From positions 3 to 64,002 of the forward strand of contig JADLDI010000048.1 of assembly GCA_020846745.1 (NCBI GenBank): a stretch of DNA of 64,000 bases, written 5' to 3'. Positions within the stretch are counted from its first letter, which is position 1, and each line of letters opens with the position of its first letter. The position numbers were made by a program, and so were the translations under genes. The notes beneath the pieces are model-generated. The model was given only the letters and a program-made list of their open reading frames with translations, ran no database searches and was not told where the DNA came from. Shown here in pieces: positions 26,465 through 34,965 of this stretch. Source of the DNA: Bryobacterales bacterium. GTDB lineage: Bacteria > Acidobacteriota > Terriglobia > Bryobacterales > Bryobacteraceae.

Positions 26465-27094
26465 GTGACAAAGTTTCAGAGCCCTAACCTTGAGTGGCAG
26501 AGCCGCTATGCGCGGCTGCAGGCAGCGTACGCCTCAGAGTTCGAGCGAAATCGGCAGTTGCACGGCGACCGGATCCGGTGCTGCCGCGGATGTGACGACT
26601 GCTGCCATCAGTTGTTTCAGATCAGTGAACCGGAAGCGGCAGAAATCTCGCGGGCAGTTAAGGAATTGCCACCAGAGGTCCAGGCGAAGGTCCGTGAACG
26701 GGCAGCAACCTATCTGGATCGCCGGGCCGCCCTCGTGGCCAGGACGGGTCAGGTGGAAAGTTGGGGAGCGTTACACGGCGAAGGTTTGCGCCTGCCATGC
26801 CCTGCTCTACAGGACGGCGCCTGTCTGGTCTATGCACGTCGGCCGCTCATTTGCCGAAAATTCGGCATTCCGCTGTGGAACCCGGATCGGCCGGGCCGGG
26901 TGTACGCATGTCAGCTGAATTTTCGAGATGGGGAGGAAATTGCGGATAGCCGCCTGGTGCAGATCCAGACGGAACTGCACGGTCAGTGGAAGCGTTTGCA
27001 GCACGACTACAGCGTGGCTGGAGGACATCGCGACAATCGCCCTCTGACGGTGGCCAGAGCGGTTGTGGAAGACTGCAGTTCGTGGTTCCCGTAA
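26465..27094 (+). CDS. YkgJ-family cysteine-cluster protein
   Basis: CCRGCDDCCHQ cluster plus a second Cys set (LPCPALQDGACLVYARRPLICR), typical of UPF0153/YkgJ. Confidence 0.7.
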   Translation: MTKFQSPNLEWQSRYARLQAAYASEFERNRQLHGDRIRCCRGCDDCCHQLFQISEPEAAEISRAVKELPPEVQAKVRERAATYLDRRAALVARTGQVESWGALHGEGLRLPCPALQDGACLVYARRPLICRKFGIPLWNPDRPGRVYACQLNFRDGEEIADSRLVQIQTELHGQWKRLQHDYSVAGGHRDNRPLTVARAVVEDCSSWFP

Positions 27095-27103
27095 TCGCGT
27101 CAC

Positions 27104-27137
27104 AATCGGGGACAGGCCTTCAAAGTGGGGACAGGCT
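27104..27137 (+). repeat. REP pair, left flank of RAYT (CGGGGACAGGCC / GTGGGGACAGGCT)
   Basis: Two copies of GGGGACAGGC(C/T) 18 bp apart. They are the reverse complement of the pair at 28073-28118. Confidence 0.8.
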
Positions 27138-27182
27138 TTCGTTGGAAGAGAACTTTCGGGCGTAGACGCTACTTGGTTTGCG

Positions 27183-27869
27183 ATGGCCCGCCAGAAACGT
27201 TATGTGCGGGACGGCGAACCTGTCCACGCTACTGCTCGCGGCGTTAACCGCACTCCCATCTTCCGTCACGGATTCGACAAGCGTAAATACCTGAAAAGAT
27301 TCGCCTTGGTCGCCGAACAGGAAGGCGTCGAGATTCATGGCTATTGCATTCTGGACAATCACGTTCACTGGCTGCTTGTGCCAAAACGCAAAGAGGGGAT
27401 CGCGCGGGTGTTTCTCCGCGTCCACACATGGTGGGCACAGTACTTCAATAAGCAGAGTAGCCGGTCAGGGCATCTGTTCCAGTCCCGCTTTCATTCCTGC
27501 CTGCTCGATTCGGCTCATTACTTCGCCGCTATGCGCTACATCGACCTCAACCCGCGAGCCGCAAACCTCGTAAAGGACGCCGCCGATTATGAATTCTCTT
27601 CGGCGCACGCGCATCTGACGGGTCGACCGGACCCGTTTGTCGTTCTGATGATGGAGAACTGGCGGCACCGGTTCTCAGATGATCCGCACCGATACCGCGA
27701 GTTCCTCAGAGAAACACCTCGCGAGGAAGCGGAGCGACTCGAGAAGGGTCTTCGCAACGGCTTCCCGGTCGGCAACGACGAGTGGATCCGGCAACTCGAG
27801 AGCGAGTCGCACCGACGCCTACGACCTGCCCCGCCCGGACGACGCCCACTTCGTCACTTCGCCGCTTGA
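27183..27869 (+). CDS. REP-associated tyrosine transposase (RAYT; IS200/IS605-like Y1 HUH transposase)
   Basis: 228 aa from MARQKRYV. HUH motif LDNHVHWLLVP, SGHLFQSRF, and catalytic Tyr context AAMRYIDLNPRAANLV. It is flanked by inverted REP pairs. Confidence 0.85.
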   Translation: MARQKRYVRDGEPVHATARGVNRTPIFRHGFDKRKYLKRFALVAEQEGVEIHGYCILDNHVHWLLVPKRKEGIARVFLRVHTWWAQYFNKQSSRSGHLFQSRFHSCLLDSAHYFAAMRYIDLNPRAANLVKDAADYEFSSAHAHLTGRPDPFVVLMMENWRHRFSDDPHRYREFLRETPREEAERLEKGLRNGFPVGNDEWIRQLESESHRRLRPAPPGRRPLRHFAA

Positions 27870-28072
27870 TTCTAGTCGTAATCCGTATGTTACTGGCCTG
27901 ATCTCAGGGAGTAGTGCGCCCTTTTACCTGTTCCAGCCGGCTCACGTTTACCTTGTTTCTACACCCACACGCTTGCCGTTCGTTAGCGAGAGTTCCGCCG
28001 GCCGCGTTGCGCTGTTCCAACCGTGTATTTTTGGCATACGAGCCCTGCGCGGGTCGGTCGTACCGTGATCAG

Positions 28073-28118
28073 GGCCTGTCCCCGTATTATGCCCGTATTA
28101 TGGAGCCTGTCCCCGATT
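28073..28118 (-). repeat. REP pair, right flank of RAYT (GGCCTGTCCCCG / AGCCTGTCCCCGATT)
   Basis: Inverted relative to 27104-27137, with the direct repeat CCGTATTATG x2 between the two copies. Confidence 0.8.
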
Positions 28119-28431
28119 ACGGGGTGGCGTTTAGGGGGATTGGTGCGGGCACCGGGGCGGGCGGCATCAGAATCCAGGCCAGGATATAGGCGATCAGGCC
28201 GGGGATAAAGCCGGTGAGGCAGATCGCGACTAGCGTGAGGATACGGATCAGTGTTGCGTCGACGTCGAGGTATTCGGCGAAGCCGGCACAGACGCCAGCG
28301 ATCTTTTTCTCGGCTGAGAGGCGAAAGAGGCGCTTCGGGGCGGTCCTCACTCCCAAACCAGTCGCCTTCCCACAGGCGGAACAGTAGCGCGCATCTGCTG
28401 GAATTTCGCGGCTACATTGCGTGCAAAACAT
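28117..28431 (-). CDS. zinc-ribbon + PspC-domain membrane protein
   Basis: N-terminal CTQC..YCSAC zinc ribbon, then the PspC motif KKIAGVCAGFAEYLDVDATLIRIL and a TM segment. Confidence 0.8.
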   Translation of the reverse strand: MFCTQCSREIPADARYCSACGKATGLGVRTAPKRLFRLSAEKKIAGVCAGFAEYLDVDATLIRILTLVAICLTGFIPGLIAYILAWILMPPAPVPAPIPLNATP

Positions 28432-28516
28432 GGTGGAACCCTCCGGTGAGGAGAACGTAGGGGACGTCCCGAAAGTTCCCGTGGAAAGTGGCTAATTCCG
28501 CCGGACAAACGGTACG

Positions 28517-29236
28517 ATGAAAGTCTCACAGCTATCCGCAGGCATGCCATTGTTTGACGCGCAATTCTTTCTGGACGCGCTCGCCATCGTATTGATCGAC
28601 ATCATCCTGGCCGGCGACAACGCGGTGGTAATCGCAATGGCAGTTCAAGCACTTCCCCACGCGCAAAGACGTGTCGGTATTATGGCCGGTGCAGGTTTGG
28701 CCGTTGCGCTGCGGGTGACCCTTACATTCTTCGCGGCCCAACTGCTGCAGACGCAGTTCGTAAAACTGGCCGGCGGCACACTGGTGTTGTGGATCGGGGT
28801 AAAACTGCTGGCCGAATCCGGTGGGGACGAGCAGGGGCGGCAGGCGCGCAATATCTGGGACGCGATGTGGCTGATTCTGGTCGCCGACCTGACGATGTCG
28901 ACGGACAACATTCTGGCCATCGCGGGAGCATCGAAAGGAAGCTTTGGCCTGGTGCTGTTCGGTCTGGCTCTCAGCATTCCGTTTGTGGTGTTCGCAAGCC
29001 AGATCTTATCCAATTTGATGGACAGGTACCCCGCCATCATGTTCATCGGTTCCGCTGTGCTGGGGAGGGTTGGCGGGGAGATGCTGCTCACCGATCCGGT
29101 AGTTGTGACCAACTTGCACCCGGCGCACTGGATGGAATATGCAGCCCAGGCGGTTCTCGCCATTGCCGTTGTCCTGGCCGGATGGGTTTTGCGGAAACGG
29201 AACCTGGCGGCCGCTCCTTCATCAGGCCCCGCATAA
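28517..29236 (+). CDS. TerC/YjbE-family integral membrane protein
   Basis: Duplicated motifs AGDNAVVIAMA and STDNILAIAGA, multi-TM. Confidence 0.85.
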   Translation: MKVSQLSAGMPLFDAQFFLDALAIVLIDIILAGDNAVVIAMAVQALPHAQRRVGIMAGAGLAVALRVTLTFFAAQLLQTQFVKLAGGTLVLWIGVKLLAESGGDEQGRQARNIWDAMWLILVADLTMSTDNILAIAGASKGSFGLVLFGLALSIPFVVFASQILSNLMDRYPAIMFIGSAVLGRVGGEMLLTDPVVVTNLHPAHWMEYAAQAVLAIAVVLAGWVLRKRNLAAAPSSGPA

Positions 29237-29271
29237 CATCTCCGAACGATTGGCAACCCGCGCGAGCGAAG

Positions 29272-30861
29272 TTACGAAATCGGGCGGTCAATGCCGACCA
29301 ACTTCCAACCGCTCCCGCTCCGGCGGAGAAAGACGCTTACCTGGCGGGAGTCATTGTGGGGCTTGACATCGCAAACGAGATACTCGGCATGGCGCACGGA
29401 GGGAATTTCCGGACCCGTTTGCGGGAGCGGCGCGCGCGATTCGGTGCTGTTGTCGAATGTGAACCAACTGTACTGAAAATTGCGCGCCGGGCTGAGCTTG
29501 TGCACAGCGGCGAGATCGTCGAAAACCAGGCGCTCGCCGCGAATCGCGAACCTGTCGAGAGGGACTGTCCGTTGGAAGAAGCCGCGGCCTACCTTATCGC
29601 GGCGGGCGATCAAGGTGTCGGCAATATAGTTTTCCGCACGCTTGTCTGAGTACTGCCCTGTTCTGACGATTGCCCGGATCTGAGCGTCAGTAAATGCCAT
29701 CACCTGCTTGGCCGCCCAAAACTCGTCGTCCCGAAGACGGTTGGTAAAAGCGGGATTCGGGTACTCCGGCACCCATTCGACCGGATCGAAGAGCTTCGAT
29801 TCAAAGCGGCCTACAGAGGGTAAAGGTGGATACTCGGCAGTGCTCCAGGAAGGCCGATAAAGTCCAAGCGTGGCGAACTGCTTGATGGCAGGCTTCCACT
29901 CGAACAAGTACTCGAAGCCGGACCGCGGACTGTTCGGTCCGCTCGATGCGCTGCCGAGTGTGGAGCCGAAATCGATAAGATAGTGCCGGACCCGCGGTAT
30001 GGCGTCGACGTTCGCCAAAATGTCGAGGGTGTTGATAGCCCGTGAGTCGTCATGGCCGAGCCAGGCACAGAAGACGGACAGGCCGCGCAGTTCGCGCCGG
30101 TGCTCATGCGGAATGGTGTCGTTTGGATCGTCGGTGCGCGTGCCGTAATAGCGGAAGGGCCCGAGCGGTTTACCGGGCAAGAACAGGCTGGCGCCGCCGC
30201 GGTAGCGGCCCTCTGCGTCATGCGGTACGTGGACTAGTAACTCGGTAATGTCCCGTGAGGTCATCTTACGCGGCCGGCCTCGCAGGTTGTTGATCTGGAC
30301 GTCTTCACCGACTTCTAACTGGTCGCGCGTGAAATAGACCACGTAGTTCTCGGGCACGTGATAGCCGAGCGCATAGAAGAACCGTGCCACGAGAGCATCG
30401 GGAGCGGTAGCGATTTCCGGGTTGGTAACCGGATCGAATTTGAGCATGTACCGCCGGCCTTTGGCGTCGATGAATTCGAAGCCGGGCGTGATGCCTTCGG
30501 TCTTGGCTTTGACGACCTTCCACTTGCCGTCCATTGAGGGGGCATTGGAGTTGCCGGGCCCGCGAACGAGTTCGTCGATCGACATCGGCTTGAAGTAGTG
30601 ACGGTGGGTATACCAGTCGCCGTCCATTGGCTCGCCGAGTGTGTTGATGCCCCGCGCGATTATTGGACTGCCCTTCTTCGGCTGGCCGTCGCCAGGATTC
30701 GAGAAGGTATTGATGATGAAGTCGTAGTAGTCGCTGACCTTGCGGCGCAGGGCATCCTTTACGTGGATCGGGGCCGGCTCGCGTTCCAGCGGATCGTCCG
30801 GGTAAAACTTCGCGGCAACGGCGAGGTTGGCAATCAGGAGGAGAAGGCTAATGGTTCGCAT
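29272..30861 (-). CDS. secreted protein with PI3/PI4-kinase-like (atypical kinase) catalytic motifs
   Basis: 529 aa. Signal peptide MRTISLLLLIANLAVAA with an AAAGGAGG RBS upstream. WLGHDDSRAINTL...HYLIDFGSTLG matches the HxDxxxxN...IDFG pattern. It is tightly coupled to the upstream Omp85-like gene. The ORF itself is solid (~0.8); the function is tentative. Confidence 0.5.
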   Translation of the reverse strand: MRTISLLLLIANLAVAAKFYPDDPLEREPAPIHVKDALRRKVSDYYDFIINTFSNPGDGQPKKGSPIIARGINTLGEPMDGDWYTHRHYFKPMSIDELVRGPGNSNAPSMDGKWKVVKAKTEGITPGFEFIDAKGRRYMLKFDPVTNPEIATAPDALVARFFYALGYHVPENYVVYFTRDQLEVGEDVQINNLRGRPRKMTSRDITELLVHVPHDAEGRYRGGASLFLPGKPLGPFRYYGTRTDDPNDTIPHEHRRELRGLSVFCAWLGHDDSRAINTLDILANVDAIPRVRHYLIDFGSTLGSASSGPNSPRSGFEYLFEWKPAIKQFATLGLYRPSWSTAEYPPLPSVGRFESKLFDPVEWVPEYPNPAFTNRLRDDEFWAAKQVMAFTDAQIRAIVRTGQYSDKRAENYIADTLIARRDKVGRGFFQRTVPLDRFAIRGERLVFDDLAAVHKLSPARNFQYSWFTFDNSTESRAPLPQTGPEIPSVRHAEYLVCDVKPHNDSRQVSVFLRRSGSGWKLVGIDRPIS

Positions 30862-30875
30862 GGTCATGTCCTCCT

Positions 30876-32123
30876 TTAAAAAATGTGCGGGGCGCTCGAT
30901 GAACCGCGCGGGCGCTGTTGCCAGATCTCGCGGAAGCGGACCCAAATCTGGAATCCCTCATGCGAGAACCCGACATCGAGGCGCAGAAAGGGGGTGTTCT
31001 TAGCGTTAAAGCGGAAGCCAAAACCGACGGCGCTTTCCATTTCGTTCATTTTGAGGCGCCAGTGCTTGGATTGCACTTGCCCGGCGTCGGCGAACACCGC
31101 CATATCGAGTCCGCTGAAAACTTCCCAGCGGTATTCGGCGCTGAAGGCGTGCATATTGGCGTCGTAAAAGCGGTAAGGGCGGAAGCCGCGCAGATCGTCT
31201 CCGCCGAGAACAGACTGCTGATAGAAAGGGACGCGATTGCCTTTAGGATTGAAGGTCTGCTGCGTTCTGGCGCGCAAAGCGAAGACGCGGCGTTTGTTGA
31301 GGATCGGGATGTATTGCTGAGCTTCCATTTCCAGGCGCTGAAAATCGTACGCACGGCCGAGCATGTCCTGGAAGTCGTCCCAGCGAATGGTGTAGTTCCC
31401 GCCGGAGCGTGCGCCGGCAGGGGTATCGCGGTAGTCGAATTGGGCGTTGAAGCCGCGGCGGAGATAGTTGGTCTGCTCAAGCATGCCGGCGACCTGAGGG
31501 TGCTGTTCAGCGGAGGATATGCGCTGTGAATGAACACCAGGACCGACGTTGGTCATGACGTAGCCGAGACTGCCGCCAATGAGCAATTTCTTGACCGGGC
31601 GGACGCCGAAGAGCATGTCGAAGGAGGTGTCTTCGAGGCGATAATTGCTGCGGCCGGTCTTTTCGGAATCCGGACCCGGCCCGTAATAGTCGAGCGAACT
31701 GTAGTTGTGATGGACGGCAGCAACGCTCCATGCCAATTTGTTCCGCGCGAATGCGGGAGCGGAGAGGCGGACCTGGCCGTTGTACCATTTGCGCAACGAG
31801 GCCTGAGTTGTGGCTTCAAAGTGCACCTGTCCGCGCACTAAGTCGTCGCGGAAGTAGTCGGGGCCGAGGGCGAAACCAGACCCGGTCGGCATACCGCCAA
31901 TCTGGCCGCTCAACCCGGCATACCCGATGGCAAGCCGCTCGATGAGGCGTGCGTCCTTGATGAAAAGCAGGCGGCGCTCCCACTTGCTCTGAATGTCGGG
32001 CTCGAGCGTTTTCTGCTTGGCCTCGTGCTCCTGATCGATCAACTCAGCACGGGTCTGCGGTTGCTGTGCGGCAGCGGCCAAGGTGAGCAGGCTAAGGAAA
32101 AGGACAGTTACGAAAGACAACAT
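30876..32123 (-). CDS. Omp85/BamA-family outer-membrane beta-barrel (no obvious POTRA array)
   Basis: 415 aa from MLSFVTVLFLSLLTLAAAAQQ (signal peptide). VGFGFRFNAKNTPFLRLDVGFS is D15-like, and the terminal residue is Phe. The ORF-track start at 32372 overlaps the divergent gene. Confidence 0.7.
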   Translation of the reverse strand: MLSFVTVLFLSLLTLAAAAQQPQTRAELIDQEHEAKQKTLEPDIQSKWERRLLFIKDARLIERLAIGYAGLSGQIGGMPTGSGFALGPDYFRDDLVRGQVHFEATTQASLRKWYNGQVRLSAPAFARNKLAWSVAAVHHNYSSLDYYGPGPDSEKTGRSNYRLEDTSFDMLFGVRPVKKLLIGGSLGYVMTNVGPGVHSQRISSAEQHPQVAGMLEQTNYLRRGFNAQFDYRDTPAGARSGGNYTIRWDDFQDMLGRAYDFQRLEMEAQQYIPILNKRRVFALRARTQQTFNPKGNRVPFYQQSVLGGDDLRGFRPYRFYDANMHAFSAEYRWEVFSGLDMAVFADAGQVQSKHWRLKMNEMESAVGFGFRFNAKNTPFLRLDVGFSHEGFQIWVRFREIWQQRPRGSSSAPHIF

Positions 32124-32208
32124 AAAGAATTTCACATTTTTCGGACGGAAACACCAGCGCACGATGACATCCGAAAAAGGAGACGCGCAAAAAGCTAGAC
32201 TGTAGGTC

Positions 32209-33630
32209 ATGAAAATCACCTTTTGGGGTGCGGCGCGGACCGTCACCGGGTCGATGCACGAAGTGGAAGTGGACGGCGGCCGCTTTCTGCTGGATTGCGG
32301 GTTATACCAGGGCCGGCGGCAGGACGCTTTCGAACGGAACCGGCATTTGCCATTCGCCGGGCGGAGCATCAATGGAGTGGTGCTATCGCACGCGCATATC
32401 GATCACAGCGGGAACCTGCCATCACTGAAGCGGGCCGGCTTCGATGGACCTATCCACGCCACCAGCGCGACCATCGATTTGTGCGGCGCGATGCTGCGCG
32501 ATTCCGCGTATCTACAAGTGAAAGATGCGGAGTTCCTGAATAAGCGGTGGGAGAGGCGGCGGGCGCTGCGGGCGAATCGAACTAACGGGCGCACGGCGGT
32601 GGAGCCGCTCTACACAGTCGAGGATGCCGAAGGGGCGCTCAAGCAGTTCAAAGCAGTGGAATACCACCAGCCAACTAACCTGACCGGCGAGCTGACGTTT
32701 GAGTATTACGATACGGGCCACCTGTTAGGGTCGGCAGCCACGATGCTGCGGTGGCGCAAGAACGGCAACGAACGTCGCATAATCTTTTCGGGTGATGTCG
32801 GGCGAAAGAACCTGCCGATCATTCGCGATCCGGAGGCGCTGCCCGAGGCCGACTACCTGATCATGGAGAGCACGTACGGCAACCGCCTGCACAAGCAGGA
32901 AGAGATCGTGCTGACGAAATTGGCGGGTGTGATCAACCGGACAGCGCAGCGGGGCGGCAAAATCGTGATTCCGGCGTTCGCGGTGGGCCGAACGCAGCAA
33001 CTGGTGCTGTTGCTGCATGAACTCACCAATCAGAAAGCGATTCCGGATCTGCCGATTTTCGTGGACAGCCCGCTGGCGGTGAATGCGACGGAGGCCTACC
33101 GGCGGCATCCGGAGTGCTTCGACGAAGAGACGCGCCTGTACCTGGAGGATGGCAACGATCCGTTTGGTTTCCGCCGCCTCCGGTATATTCGGGACGCGAG
33201 CGAGTCGAAGGCGCTGAACGATTTGCACGGTCCGATGATCATCATCTCGGCGTCGGGCATGGCGGAAGCAGGCCGCATTTTGCATCATTTGCGCAACAAT
33301 ATCAGCGATCCGCGCAATACTGTCATGATCGTCGGGTTCCAGGCGGAGAACACGTTGGGGCGAAAGATCGTGGACCGGCAGGTGGAAGTGCCGATCTTCG
33401 GCGAACCGGTACGGGTGCGCGCCGAGGTGGTGACGATCAACGAATTGAGCGGCCACGCGGATCAACGGGAATTGCTGCAGTGGATGAAGCCGTTCGCGAA
33501 GTCGCTGAAGAAGGTGTTTCTGGTGCACGGCGAACCGGCGCAGTCCCTGCCGCTGGCCGAGACAATTCAGGAACTGCTAGGAGTGGAAACACACGTGCCC
33601 GAACGTGGACAGAGTTTCCGGATAGACTGA
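32209..33630 (+). CDS. MBL-fold metallo-hydrolase, beta-CASP (RNA-metabolising) family
   Basis: MKITFWGAARTVTGS, LSHAHIDHSGNLP, ESTYGN, and C-terminal LSGHAD...LVHGE. Confidence 0.9.
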   Translation: MKITFWGAARTVTGSMHEVEVDGGRFLLDCGLYQGRRQDAFERNRHLPFAGRSINGVVLSHAHIDHSGNLPSLKRAGFDGPIHATSATIDLCGAMLRDSAYLQVKDAEFLNKRWERRRALRANRTNGRTAVEPLYTVEDAEGALKQFKAVEYHQPTNLTGELTFEYYDTGHLLGSAATMLRWRKNGNERRIIFSGDVGRKNLPIIRDPEALPEADYLIMESTYGNRLHKQEEIVLTKLAGVINRTAQRGGKIVIPAFAVGRTQQLVLLLHELTNQKAIPDLPIFVDSPLAVNATEAYRRHPECFDEETRLYLEDGNDPFGFRRLRYIRDASESKALNDLHGPMIIISASGMAEAGRILHHLRNNISDPRNTVMIVGFQAENTLGRKIVDRQVEVPIFGEPVRVRAEVVTINELSGHADQRELLQWMKPFAKSLKKVFLVHGEPAQSLPLAETIQELLGVETHVPERGQSFRID

Positions 33631-33639
33631 AATACTCGC

Positions 33640-34962
33640 ATGACAAACGCCGACGTTTTGGCCGGCCGCAACCCGCGCCGCACATGGCTCGATCGCTTTT
33701 TATCGATATTCAGTACGGTACACGCCGGCGAAGGATTAACGGCCGTGCTGTTGGCGGCCAATGTTTTCGTGCTGATGGGGACTTACTACATCCTGAAAAC
33801 GGTCCGCGAGCCCTTGATTCTGAACCAGCCGGGCGGCGCGGAAGTGAAGGCCTACTCGTCGGCCGGGCTGGCGATGCTGTTTCTGTTGATCATGCCGGCA
33901 TACAGCGCGTTTGCGTCGCGCGTGAACCGGCTATGGCTGATTTCAGGCGTAACCGCGCTATTCATCGCGAACCTGGTGCTGTTCAGCGCGCTGGGCGCCG
34001 CGGGGGTGAAGATTGGGGTGGCTTACTATCTCTGGGTAGGCATCTTCAACATGCTGTTTGTGGCGCAGTTCTGGGCGTTTGCGAACGATATCTATACCGA
34101 AGAACAGGGTAAGCGCCTGTTTCCGATTGTGGGCGTGGGCGGGTCGATCGGCGCGGTGGTCGGGTCGCTCGCGACGAAAGAGATGTTCGAATACATCGGC
34201 CCGTTCCAGATGATGCTGCTGAGCGCGGTTTCGCTCGGAATATGCATCGTACTGACCTGGATCATTCACGTTCGCGAGAAAGGGCGCGTGGATGCGGACC
34301 GGGCGAAACAGGTCGACAAGCCGCTGGACAAGAAAGGCGGTTTCGCGCTGATTATAAGCCGCCGCTACCTGGCACTGATCGCCGCGCTGGTGTTTCTGCT
34401 GAACTGCGTCAACTCGGTGGGCGAGTATGTGCTGAGCGCATTCGTGAGAACGGCGGCACAGGCGCTGCCGGCGGCCGAGCAGGGTAAGTTCATGGGCCAG
34501 TTCTATGGCGACTACTTCACTTGGGTGAACCTCATTTCGCTCATCGTGCAATCGTTCCTCGTGGCGCGGCTGTTCAAGTGGATTGGCGTGCGCGGAGCGT
34601 TGTTTATTCTTCCGCTGATCTCGTTGACCGGTTACGGACTGCTGGCGACCATACCCATTCTGGCGTTGGTCCGCAGTGTCAAAATCCTGGAGAACGCTAC
34701 CGATTACTCGCTGAACAACACGGTGCGGGCGGCGCTGTTCCTGCCCACCAGCCGTGAAGAAAAATACAAAGGCAAGGCGACCATCGACACGTTCTTCGCA
34801 CGGGCGGGGGATATGTTGCAGGCGGGATTTGTGTTTGTGGGGACGCAACTGGCGCTGGGCGTTACGGGGATGGCGACGATCAATATCGTGCTGGTGAGTA
34901 TCTGGCTGGCGGTGTGCGTGGGTATCTATAAGGAGCACAAGCGGCTGACGGCGGAGAAGTAG
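33640..34962 (+). CDS. TLC (ATP/ADP translocase-like, Npt1/Npt2) family transporter
   Basis: 440 aa, about 12 TM. The N-terminal signature TYYILKTVREPLIL and FWAFANDIYT are typical of the TLC family. Confidence 0.75.
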   Translation: MTNADVLAGRNPRRTWLDRFLSIFSTVHAGEGLTAVLLAANVFVLMGTYYILKTVREPLILNQPGGAEVKAYSSAGLAMLFLLIMPAYSAFASRVNRLWLISGVTALFIANLVLFSALGAAGVKIGVAYYLWVGIFNMLFVAQFWAFANDIYTEEQGKRLFPIVGVGGSIGAVVGSLATKEMFEYIGPFQMMLLSAVSLGICIVLTWIIHVREKGRVDADRAKQVDKPLDKKGGFALIISRRYLALIAALVFLLNCVNSVGEYVLSAFVRTAAQALPAAEQGKFMGQFYGDYFTWVNLISLIVQSFLVARLFKWIGVRGALFILPLISLTGYGLLATIPILALVRSVKILENATDYSLNNTVRAALFLPTSREEKYKGKATIDTFFARAGDMLQAGFVFVGTQLALGVTGMATINIVLVSIWLAVCVGIYKEHKRLTAEK

Positions 34963-34965
34963 GGG

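Noticed and set aside
32725-34938. ORFs 32725-33528 (-) and 33958-34938 (-).
   Set aside because: They are antisense shadows of the beta-CASP and TLC transporter genes, with His/Arg-rich low-information sequence.
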